The position numbers and the translations under genes were made by a program. The notes under the pieces are model-generated. The model did no database searches. It was not told the origin of the DNA and worked only from the letters and a program-made list of their open reading frames with translations. A stretch of DNA of 32,000 nucleotides from Candidatus Iainarchaeum sp. (lineage in GTDB: Archaea > Iainarchaeota > Iainarchaeia > Iainarchaeales > CSSED10-239), in assembly GCA_037441475.1 (NCBI GenBank), contig JBBISB010000001.1, positions 36,418 to 68,417 of the forward strand. The letters run 5' to 3'. Shown one piece after another: positions 18,601-26,410 of the stretch (positions within the stretch are counted from its first letter, which is position 1; every line of letters begins with the position of its first letter).

Positions 18601-20588
18601 TCAGCCATATCAATTACAGAACCTCTTACTGATTTTGCAGTTCCGTCTTGGGCAATATATTCTATTAAGACATCTGGTTTTTTATTGTATATAATATCAT
18701 TAAAGTTTAATGGATTTGCAGCACCTGTTGTTTCTTTGAAAGGAATAATAACATCTATTTGTTTAGGACCATCTGCAAAGTTAACTGTTATTCTTTTTGT
18801 TTCAAAATTATTCATGAAATTATCTGCAACAAGATTACCTGCATTATCAGTTTTATAAGGAGCATCTGTTAACATATCTCTAAACTTCTTTGACGAAGTA
18901 AGCTCTGTTGTTGTAATTTCATTTTTAAGCCTTACTTTATTCATCAGTTCATCTTTATTATTAATTATTTTACCTCTTTCTTTTAAAAGAGTTATATCTT
19001 TAGCTCCATCATCCCATTTGAAGTGTCCATTTGAAAATGCAGAGAATTCTTTATTAAGTTTATTTGCTCTTAAGACTTCTTCTGTTAACTTATCATATTG
19101 ATCTTTTGTTAAAGAAGCATAAAAGTCTTCCATTGTTTTTGTTTTATTAAATAAAATATCTGATGAACCTGGAGCTATTTTTTTAATATTTGCAGAAGTA
19201 ATGTCTTGCATCATTCTAGCTGTTCTTATGTTGCTTTGATATTCTAAGACAGATTCCATGAAAACTCTTTGTTGAGATTTATTAAGTTTTGCAAAAGTTC
19301 CTGAACCAAAGAATTCATTTTTAATTGTGTCTACATTCTTTTTAGAGTTTAAGGCATCAAGATATTTATCAAACTCAGGCTTCATATTGTATCTGTCTAT
19401 GTTGTATGTAATTTTTTTATTACTTTGTGCAAGATTTGATATATAATCATCCATGTTTTTTGATATTTTATTGTATCTATAAGTTGATACTGCAGAATCA
19501 AGAACACCCATATTATTTGTTAAATTATCAAAGAAACCATGTTTTCCTCTTATTCCACCTATAGCTTTATCATTAATTAGTTTTGTATTTCCTATTGATT
19601 TTGGAATGTTTTTAAAAACTCTACCTGTGAATTTCCATAACATAGGAGAGACAGATGTAAAAACAAGATCTGCTGAGTAATACATGTTAAAGACTTTATC
19701 AAACAAAGAGTACATGTTTATGTAACAGTTATCAGAGTTACAGGTACTCTCCATACTTGCATTAAAAGAATCTGTAATTATACTGTTTTTTATAGCTTCA
19801 TCTAAAATTAATTGCATTGATCTTATTTCTGCTTCTGTTATATTACTATCATCTGAGAATTGTATTTTTCTAAACTCAGCAAGCTCTTCATAAGACATGT
19901 TTGAAAATAAACCTAAATCTACATTTGAGTTGTAATCAAGAGAAGGATCTATTATTTCATTTGCAGCTTGACCTAAATCATCCAGACGTAATCTTTCAAT
20001 TAATAGCATGTCTATTAAATCTCTGCTAATAGACTTTGCTTGAGGGAAAAAACCATACTTTCCATTCTGTCTGAAAAGACCTTCATTTTCTAAGTAACAT
20101 GCAAAAGCATCTCCTCCTTGACATCTACCTACTCTTAGGGTATCTTTAAGATCTAAACCATGTGAGAAAGGACCATAACACACTTGTCCTAGAACAGTTG
20201 GAATTTCTAAAGGACTCATTAATTGATTTGGAATTTCTGTTTTACCTACAACATCATTTGCTTTTGTGTCTTTTGAAGTTATTAAAACTTGACTTTGATC
20301 CATTGTTTCTCTATTAAAGTTTGCTGGTTGATCACTGGATAAAAGATCTACTTTAAAACCCTTTACTAAAATTTCATTCCATAACCTCTCTACAGCTTCT
20401 GGAGATAACTCCTCTGTGTAACATGCAGAGCCCATGCTACTTGGGTTATAGCTTATTGGAACAGCATCTTGAAAGTAGAGAGTAGTATTATTTTTTGAAG
20501 ATAATCTATCTACATCTATGGAAGATGCAAAGACTCCATTTATCATTAATAATAAGAAAAATATTGCCAGTAGTTTATTTTTATTCAT
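15669..20588 (-). CDS. 1639-aa predicted secreted / C-terminally membrane-anchored surface protein
   Basis: N-terminal signal peptide (NKNKLLAIFFLLLMINGVFAS); long polar ectodomain; C-terminal TM and basic stop-transfer (ILPFTLYVLVIMASFMYLFSRKEIYKKRK). No family recognised by eye. Confidence 0.88.
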   Translation of the reverse strand: MNKNKLLAIFFLLLMINGVFASSIDVDRLSSKNNTTLYFQDAVPISYNPSSMGSACYTEELSPEAVERLWNEILVKGFKVDLLSSDQPANFNRETMDQSQVLITSKDTKANDVVGKTEIPNQLMSPLEIPTVLGQVCYGPFSHGLDLKDTLRVGRCQGGDAFACYLENEGLFRQNGKYGFFPQAKSISRDLIDMLLIERLRLDDLGQAANEIIDPSLDYNSNVDLGLFSNMSYEELAEFRKIQFSDDSNITEAEIRSMQLILDEAIKNSIITDSFNASMESTCNSDNCYINMYSLFDKVFNMYYSADLVFTSVSPMLWKFTGRVFKNIPKSIGNTKLINDKAIGGIRGKHGFFDNLTNNMGVLDSAVSTYRYNKISKNMDDYISNLAQSNKKITYNIDRYNMKPEFDKYLDALNSKKNVDTIKNEFFGSGTFAKLNKSQQRVFMESVLEYQSNIRTARMMQDITSANIKKIAPGSSDILFNKTKTMEDFYASLTKDQYDKLTEEVLRANKLNKEFSAFSNGHFKWDDGAKDITLLKERGKIINNKDELMNKVRLKNEITTTELTSSKKFRDMLTDAPYKTDNAGNLVADNFMNNFETKRITVNFADGPKQIDVIIPFKETTGAANPLNFNDIIYNKKPDVLIEYIAQDGTAKSVRGSVIDMADIKPNEPINMRNIIETGIPDADLPKYGINPLEVSLGYFQEMGAKKIKDAELVTDGVVTVLNNQGWSTGRGLNYINQRMKQQTITQWDKRAFDIIADSGKAYLYNFGYWQFKTAGSTLLGGAFDRYSMFRIPETYTSVIFKHGETGDIYNDSYIDFFANDGSDQGDLFMQYINSIIFWMVNLPKGALESTEWQTTQGFSDWVRNVTEGHIRRSFTDNIALLTDTMKTCNTNACQIKIGDTRLLEEITKSRSIDAKQTIGTNINDNLHLNYQTSTGVTTTSYLLENTSRENFEKYGKTLIAFSHHTDYDGSLAGFKTENSVNLLTAIKEEETCSAKLRNLEVMGIPIGWTNQWTGQSYRAGAVAAGFSNVIYYSLSVPQHRIVLGAIFGDILPQLVIVPEIYNCVDHEEGYYTHFFVAQEEFERIEKDPKNKVGDAISKGAYSVEKTLTNITKNTELQESITKTTQEVKQFAETKIKDNPIMQSRIETIGNTSASFDGKLFFFELGEASSCRASGYNDKGVEHLIDKTTVDTLIVDKEKGEMNIVDKDGNIKRIIGPENKDWVRLIATNLGIPAKVVPHSISYIPVPDTNTPLFNIDVYGNLKIEDINFLNCLKTNYYEQTGLEMSGNVLTDYLGAVKQVTSTNQISPETQYDLIPKGRSNSLEIVAEGTPRKIASGEASRITVLGDRTTKLFPIEGKEVTIGKNIAVQFERGQLIYNGEKNSYIMWVQQTYVMHQSEIKGMDVKPIKETNPVTGCEENAFEMSISPDMSNPEAVAKSVEMNKALEKVGPFQMFDTASKTFIFYTTPAPECQQRMKIIDKKTGQVIDQAISSILTTPDGFIVTTEDGQEHKFEFSAEDGIPKLKYNDLTETLLSAQGKNGAFWYDPKTGNWYTENGHLIPFNPEYRDGVTFKPGEDGKVYGTTVQNLLNPFAGSGGSDRGSLNIPLAPEKILPFTLYVLVIMASFMYLFSRKEIYKKRK

Positions 20589-20601
20589 AATTTATCCTTT
20601 T

Positions 20602-21099
20602 TTATAGGTATATTAAATATATTAAAATTGCTATTAATTTTGGAAATATTAAAAGAATAATAAAGAAGATGATGTTTGTTAAGATCAAACTCTTTATTAA
20701 ATTAAGGTTTGTTTTTGGATGTTTCTTTTTTTCATTAAACTTATCGTAGAAGGCAAGGGTAATAAAAGAGAAGCCTAAAAAGACACCAGATATTAAAATA
20801 TTAACTATTAATAATCTTATTAAGTGATAGAAGATTATACCAAGGATGTTTAAGAAGCTAACTCCTTTAAAGATACTTAGGAGTGGTAAAAAGTATATTA
20901 AAAGTAAGATAATATAGCTTAAAATAAAAATTATTATAAAAAGAGAAAAGATAACACTTTTTTTCTTTCTTAAAAGAAGATATTTATTTTTAAAAATTTT
21001 AATAAGTATGAAAAAAGGAATAGCACAAAGAATAGATAAACCAATTAATTTTACTATTGTCAATAAATAATTTAAAACCACTTGAAATAAATTTTCCAT
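20602..21099 (-). CDS. Polytopic membrane protein, 165 aa
   Basis: About four hydrophobic segments; 13 nt upstream of the 1639-aa gene on the same strand. Confidence 0.7.
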   Translation of the reverse strand: MENLFQVVLNYLLTIVKLIGLSILCAIPFFILIKIFKNKYLLLRKKKSVIFSLFIIIFILSYIILLLIYFLPLLSIFKGVSFLNILGIIFYHLIRLLIVNILISGVFLGFSFITLAFYDKFNEKKKHPKTNLNLIKSLILTNIIFFIILLIFPKLIAILIYLIYL

Positions 21100-21216
21100 A
21101 TAATCCTCTTTAATAAATATATATTGCTATTATATAGTAAATTGAAAGATTTAAAAGCCTTATTATATATATTTTATTATATAGATATATTTATAACTAT
21201 TAAGGATTAGACAAAT

Positions 21217-21888
21217 ATGGACGTTCAAAACATACCAAGAAGAGAAAGAAGGCATTTTAGGAAATATATAGATGGTGAGATTGTTTATTCTGAGGTTCCT
21301 TTTGGACATGAAGAAAAACATAATTATTCTAAAAATAATGATTTTTCTAAAAATAATGATACAACTGTTAAGAATCTTCTTGATATTGATGGTAAGAGAA
21401 AACCTGTTTTGCATGATGATCAAAAAATACAGAAGGTTTTACAAAATATATCTGATATTGTGTCTCCAGATTTAGACTCTGTTGCTGAAGCTATTTATCA
21501 CCAGATAAGTAAGGATAGTAGTTTTAATGATTTTAAGAAAGAAGAGATTGAAGAGACTATTAAAGGAAGTAAACATTATAGGGCTATAAAGAATGATAAG
21601 AATCAAGAGATTATTGATTCTGATAATATGAAGTTATTGGTTGAAGATGTTTTTATTCAACTTGAGAATGAAAACAAAGAAAGTAACCCTTCTGAAAAGA
21701 AAGAAGCTGTAAAAGAATCTTCTTCTAAATGTAAAAAAGAACCTGCTTCTAAGGGAAAGAAAGAGGATTTAAAGAAAGTTAAAAAGAAAGAAGAAAAATC
21801 AGAGATTCAAGATTTATTGGACGATGATTCTGATGAAATTGATTTTGATGAAGAAGATAGTGATGATGATTTAGGCCTTAAATTTTAA
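21217..21888 (+). CDS. Hypothetical charged protein with acidic C-terminal tail
   Basis: 223 aa; basic Lys-rich linker then DLLDDDSDEIDFDEEDSDDDLGLKF*. Stop codon overlaps that of the convergent gene. Confidence 0.75.
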   Translation: MDVQNIPRRERRHFRKYIDGEIVYSEVPFGHEEKHNYSKNNDFSKNNDTTVKNLLDIDGKRKPVLHDDQKIQKVLQNISDIVSPDLDSVAEAIYHQISKDSSFNDFKKEEIEETIKGSKHYRAIKNDKNQEIIDSDNMKLLVEDVFIQLENENKESNPSEKKEAVKESSSKCKKEPASKGKKEDLKKVKKKEEKSEIQDLLDDDSDEIDFDEEDSDDDLGLKF

Positions 21889-22643
21889 GGTTCTTCTGGA
21901 TCTTGATATTCTTTACATCTAAGGTTTGATATGTTTTCATTTTGTTCAAAAGTAGAACTAAGTAACTGATTATTTATACTGCTTGTTGATGGCCACATCG
22001 TTAAGCTTGCAACTGTTCTTACTTCTGCTAATCTAGAATCTAGGGTCTTAAAGATTAATGGTGTTGAAGAAGAGTAGAGTTTGTTTGATCTTTGTACCAA
22101 GTATCTTACTGGGGTAATACTTATTGGATCACATAAATAGTATTTTGAGACTATTTCTAAATCTGGTTTAATTTCATTTATTTTTAACATAAAGTAAATA
22201 AAATCATCATTACTAGTATTTTGGATATAATAAATATAATCATAGTTTGGTAAAGGATGCATTAATGATTTTATGGTATGGAAGAGATTATACTTTGCAA
22301 GATCTTTAACATTTTCTTTATTAAGAGAATTTACATCACTTCCACCTATCTTTTGATTAAAAAGATAATCACTTTTTATAGCTGTAATCAAGTAATCAGT
22401 TTCTTTACTATTTAAAATATTTTTATCAAAATCTAAAGGAATATTTGTGTAGTAGATGGCCTTAAGGCTGGAGTTTGTATATTCTTTGAAGTATAGGTTA
22501 TTTATAGCAAGATCTATTCTTTCTCCGTATGTTGAGGAAAATTTGAAAAGAAGAACACATAAGGCAACAATGATTGTTAAGAAAAATAAAGAGTCTGTCA
22601 TTGCTGCTTGACCTTTATCATTCTTAAGTTCTATTAATTTCAT
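21885..22643 (-). CDS. Pilin-like single-TM protein (class III signal-peptide-like N-terminus)
   Basis: MKLIELKNDKGQAAMTDSLFFLTIIVALCVLLFKF: charged leader, KGQ, then hydrophobic helix. Confidence 0.65.
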   Translation of the reverse strand: MKLIELKNDKGQAAMTDSLFFLTIIVALCVLLFKFSSTYGERIDLAINNLYFKEYTNSSLKAIYYTNIPLDFDKNILNSKETDYLITAIKSDYLFNQKIGGSDVNSLNKENVKDLAKYNLFHTIKSLMHPLPNYDYIYYIQNTSNDDFIYFMLKINEIKPDLEIVSKYYLCDPISITPVRYLVQRSNKLYSSSTPLIFKTLDSRLAEVRTVASLTMWPSTSSINNQLLSSTFEQNENISNLRCKEYQDPEEP

Positions 22644-22650
22644 AAATATT

Positions 22651-23178
22651 TTACTCCCATATTAAAACATACAATCTTGCTGTTGTTGAAAAACCATTAT
22701 CTCTTTGTAGGATAATTGGATAAAGGTAGTTGATGTGATTTTTTGAAAGATCTTTTAATTGTTTTAAATTTTCTTCTTCTTCGTTACATATAAAATAATC
22801 TGGTGTACTAGGGTCATTTTTAAGGCTTGAAAGAACTATTGATTCATGGTTATCAGATATTTCTTGGAGAGAAATATTTGCATAATCTTCAGTATCTAAG
22901 GGAAGATCTATAAGAAAGGCATTCCATTTTTTTGTAGTTTTTATTTTATCACATTTATCTTTGAAATGTTGGTAATCAACAATAACAGGATCTGATTTTA
23001 ATTGCATAGAAATTTCAATTGCTTCTTGGTTTAAGGTGTATGTTTTGTTTTTAGCATTATAATCATTGAAGGTACCTAAAAAAACTGCAAAGAAAACAAC
23101 TAAACCTAGAAATATTGGTATTAAACTAGGAAGGTCATCTCCGATTGCTCCAATAAATCCTTTTTTTGTTTTAATCAT
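22651..23178 (-). CDS. Pilin-like / single-TM secretion-cluster protein
   Basis: MIKTKKGFIGAIGDDLPSLIPIFLGLVVFFAVFL: KKGF then hydrophobic segment; lies in the co-directional cluster. Confidence 0.6.
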   Translation of the reverse strand: MIKTKKGFIGAIGDDLPSLIPIFLGLVVFFAVFLGTFNDYNAKNKTYTLNQEAIEISMQLKSDPVIVDYQHFKDKCDKIKTTKKWNAFLIDLPLDTEDYANISLQEISDNHESIVLSSLKNDPSTPDYFICNEEEENLKQLKDLSKNHINYLYPIILQRDNGFSTTARLYVLIWE

Positions 23179-23198
23179 TTTTTATCATTTTTTAAAAA

Positions 23199-23855
23199 TT
23201 ATTCAGAAACTTGTGTTGCACAAAAGCTCCCTGTTATATTTTCACCAAGACATTTAATTTCTTCTCTATTAAAGTTATCTAAATTACATACATACTCTCT
23301 GCAAGTGTAAAGATTATTTTTTCTTCCACAAGGAAGTACATAATAATAACTTTGACTATCTTTTACATTTTTTATAAACATAAATTTAGTTTCATTTGAG
23401 TTTGCTTTTCTAGGGTCATAGATTATTTGTTGATTATTTTCTTGGGAAAAAGAATAATTTCCGTTAGCATAAGTAGAAGAATAGAAAGCAATGGTTCCAT
23501 TATAATCAAGGTTGTATGCACCTAAAATATTTCTTTCTCTATAATCTGTTAAATAGATTATTAAAGATTGATTATTAAGTTGCTGGTAGCTTTGTAGCCC
23601 TAGCTTATAGGGGGTTCCTGAAAGAGAGGAACCTTCATTTATTTTTATGGTTTTTGGAATATCAATAAACTTTACTGAACAGTAGCTATCTGAGTCTATT
23701 AAGGATTTAATCTCTTTACCTATCTTAAAGGCAGTTTCATAACTTTGTCTTGTCTTAAGGTTATCATTTAAAGTGTTCATAAAGAAGATTACAACTACAG
23801 CTATTGCTGTAACAAAGATAAGCATATTTATTTTTGATAAAGTAAATTCAAACAT
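23199..23855 (-). CDS. N-terminally TM-anchored extracytoplasmic protein in pilin-like cluster
   Basis: MFEFTLSKINMLIFVTAIAVVVIFFMNTL TM; downstream domain contains six Cys. Confidence 0.6.
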   Translation of the reverse strand: MFEFTLSKINMLIFVTAIAVVVIFFMNTLNDNLKTRQSYETAFKIGKEIKSLIDSDSYCSVKFIDIPKTIKINEGSSLSGTPYKLGLQSYQQLNNQSLIIYLTDYRERNILGAYNLDYNGTIAFYSSTYANGNYSFSQENNQQIIYDPRKANSNETKFMFIKNVKDSQSYYYVLPCGRKNNLYTCREYVCNLDNFNREEIKCLGENITGSFCATQVSE

Positions 23856-23864
23856 CTATTAATT

Positions 23865-24434
23865 TCACCTTGTTTTAATCATACAAATAGTATGATTAGC
23901 TCCTGAACCTGATTTTTTAAAAATCTTGTATCTTCCAGAGGGTATCTTTTCTATAGGGTTAATTGCTTCTTCTGATGCTTCTAAAGGGGCACATTGATTT
24001 TCACCAATTTCAAATTGTAGGTTTGTTGGAAGATAGGTACAGATAGGAGGAATTGGTTGTTTATAATCTAGCTTTTCTGGATTTTCATAAGAGTATTCTA
24101 AAAGAACACAACTTGTACCTGACCCACATATTCTTTCACATCTATCTTTATCATCTGAAATAATATTTAATCTAACCATTTCATATTTATCATTATAACA
24201 AGCCTTGGTTGTAAAATCAATAGTTCTGTATGCAAGATCTGAACCTAAAACTATTTCTCTTAAAGAAGAATTAAGATTACTAAAGTCTTGTCTTTTGTTT
24301 CCAAGACAGGTATTTTCATTTAAGTTTGCAAGAGCATAGTTACCTGCAATAATAACAAAAGTCATTACTATAATTGCAACTAAAAGTTCAAAAGGAGCAC
24401 TCATTTGTGCTTTTTGTTTTTTACTTGAATACAT
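23865..24434 (-). CDS. Pilin-like protein
   Basis: MYSSKKQKAQMSAPFELLVAIIVMTFVIIAGNYAL; Cys-rich mature domain. Confidence 0.65.
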   Translation of the reverse strand: MYSSKKQKAQMSAPFELLVAIIVMTFVIIAGNYALANLNENTCLGNKRQDFSNLNSSLREIVLGSDLAYRTIDFTTKACYNDKYEMVRLNIISDDKDRCERICGSGTSCVLLEYSYENPEKLDYKQPIPPICTYLPTNLQFEIGENQCAPLEASEEAINPIEKIPSGRYKIFKKSGSGANHTICMIKTR

Positions 24435-24503
24435 ATATTATAAAGATATTATAAGAAGTATTTAAAATAGTTATCTTTTTTTAAAATAAATAAAAAAAGG
24501 CTT

Positions 24504-24704
24504 CTACTGAACAGGAGCTGACTGTACTGGAAGAGCTGCTTGTTTTGCAGAAGTTTTAACAGATTTATTAAACATTGGTTTTATAACAGCGATAAGGACG
24601 ATTGCAACAATTGCTATTACAACTAAAAAGAAAATTGTGTTAGACTCTGTTTGTCCTCTTTGATCATTTAAGATCTGTTTTATTTTCTTTTTAATTGTTT
24701 TCAT
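24504..24704 (-). CDS. Small archaellin/pilin-like protein, 66 aa
   Basis: MKTIKKKIKQILNDQRGQTESNTIFFLVVIAIVAIVLIAVI: RGQ cleavage-type site followed by hydrophobic helix. Confidence 0.65.
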   Translation of the reverse strand: MKTIKKKIKQILNDQRGQTESNTIFFLVVIAIVAIVLIAVIKPMFNKSVKTSAKQAALPVQSAPVQ

Positions 24705-24711
24705 ATCTCAA

Positions 24712-25260
24712 TCACTCTTTTACAGGGAATACAATACATACTCTTGAACTATTTGTGGATTCGAATCCTGATTCAGTTATATCCAATTCTGATAAAATAT
24801 TATTTGAAAGTGAGCTTGAAGAAGTTATAAAATTATCTAATCTTTCAGCATCTCTATGACATAAGACTCCAAATTTATAATTTATTCTTTCTGATTTTTT
24901 TATTTGAAGTATTTGTCCATCAGAAGAAACTCCAAAATCAGATGAATATTTGGAAGGCACAATAAATTTTACACTTTCAGGATCCATTCCTGATCCATCA
25001 GTAATTGCATCTGTGGCAACTGTTCCTTGAGTTTTAGAAGATACTTTAATAGATTCTGTAAGTGTTATTGTTCCTGGTAAGTCTTGATTACTTTTTATTT
25101 TTTCTTTAACACTATCAGTAATATTTCCTCCCGCAGGATTTATTCCACCAATTATTGGCATTAAAACACCAAGAAGGGCAAGAGCAACAACAGCAGCTAT
25201 CAGTAATTGAAATGTTGAGAATGCTTGACCTTTACTATTTTTTAAAGATATTAATTTCAT
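24712..25260 (-). CDS. Pilin-like protein with class III signal peptide
   Basis: MKLISLKNSKGQAFSTFQLLIAAVVALALLGVLMPIIG. Confidence 0.75.
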   Translation of the reverse strand: MKLISLKNSKGQAFSTFQLLIAAVVALALLGVLMPIIGGINPAGGNITDSVKEKIKSNQDLPGTITLTESIKVSSKTQGTVATDAITDGSGMDPESVKFIVPSKYSSDFGVSSDGQILQIKKSERINYKFGVLCHRDAERLDNFITSSSSLSNNILSELDITESGFESTNSSRVCIVFPVKE

Positions 25261-25341
25261 ATTAATTTTTCACCTCAAATATATAATAATATATAAAAAC
25301 TAATTAATTTTAAAGTCCAAAAGATATTTAAATGTTATTCT

Positions 25342-25839
25342 TTAAAAGAAAATTAAACCTTTTACAATACTTAAGGAAATTGTAAAAATAACAGGTATTA
25401 ATATCATAAATACAACCTCTTTTGTCTGTATACCAGCTCTTGGTTCCTTGTAATCAAAAACTTTGTTTTTATAAGTAACTCTTCTTCTAACTATTAAAAT
25501 ATTCCATAAAGAACCAAAAATAAAAGCAGAGATTGCCCAAATAACAGTTATCTTTAGATTAAAACTTGAAATCTTCATTATGCTTTTCCAAAAAAGCATT
25601 AAAACACCGTAAGAGACACCTAAAGAAAAGAACATTGTTATAAACAATTTTACTTTTCTGTTTAAGAAGAAATCTAAGGATTTACTAAATATTAAAGATA
25701 TTAAGAACAAAAGGCTCATTAAAACAACAATTAAGGCAATTATTGCTAAGATAATAATTCCAAAGAAATAACCAAAGACAAGGACGATTATGGCAAGTAA
25801 AAAATATTTAATGTTTCCTGTCCAACTTCTTTTTCTCAT
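25342..25839 (-). CDS. Polytopic membrane protein, 165 aa
   Basis: Several TM segments; embedded in the pilin-like cluster. Confidence 0.65.
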   Translation of the reverse strand: MRKRSWTGNIKYFLLAIIVLVFGYFFGIIILAIIALIVVLMSLLFLISLIFSKSLDFFLNRKVKLFITMFFSLGVSYGVLMLFWKSIMKISSFNLKITVIWAISAFIFGSLWNILIVRRRVTYKNKVFDYKEPRAGIQTKEVVFMILIPVIFTISLSIVKGLIFF

Positions 25840-25856
25840 TCTTTAAAACCATTTTT

Positions 25857-26384
25857 TTAATTTGTTAAACCTTTTGGTATCTTGTTGATGTACATTACAC
25901 AGAAAAGTCTTTCACAATCATCTGGATCATTTATAGGCGCATTTGCATAAGTTGTGATCTCAGAATATGTTTCAGTATTAGTTAAATCCGAAATAGACAT
26001 TCCACTTAAACCACAAACAAAATAAACATCTGTTTTAAGATATTTTTTATCAATAACAGCACCATAATTTTCAAGCTTAACACCTGGACCTACAATAAAA
26101 GAAAAACATCCTTCTTCAATGTTTCCAAGCTGCTCATACCTTGAGTGACTAATAATACCTCTTACTAAAACATCTTTAACAACAAAAGGTTTATCCATAC
26201 TTATTATTGGACTGTTTATAGCAGATATAAAGGCATCTTCTATCTTTTGATTACTAATAATTATTGCTTGGTCATTTGTTTTGTTAACCATCATAATAAT
26301 AATACCAAGGATGGCTACAGAGATTACAAAAGCTATCAAAAGTTGATATGCTTCAAAAGCCTGTCCTTTATTATTTTTAATCAT
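25857..26384 (-). CDS. Pilin-like protein with class III signal peptide
   Basis: MIKNNKGQAFEAYQLLIAFVISVAILGIIIMMV, near-paralogous leader to ORF 24712..25260. Confidence 0.75.
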   Translation of the reverse strand: MIKNNKGQAFEAYQLLIAFVISVAILGIIIMMVNKTNDQAIIISNQKIEDAFISAINSPIISMDKPFVVKDVLVRGIISHSRYEQLGNIEEGCFSFIVGPGVKLENYGAVIDKKYLKTDVYFVCGLSGMSISDLTNTETYSEITTYANAPINDPDDCERLFCVMYINKIPKGLTN

Positions 26385-26410
26385 ATTTAAAAGTCTTTTT
26401 TAATTTTTTT

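Noticed and set aside
16492-18858. Plus-strand ORFs inside the 1639-aa gene (16492, 17354, 17917, 18574)
   Set aside because: Antisense shadows of a long intact coding frame; compositions are atypical with no recognisable motifs.
21163-21423. 86-aa minus-strand ORF and 21272..21475 plus-strand ORF
   Set aside because: Both overlap the better supported 223-aa ORF, which has normal codon composition for this genome.
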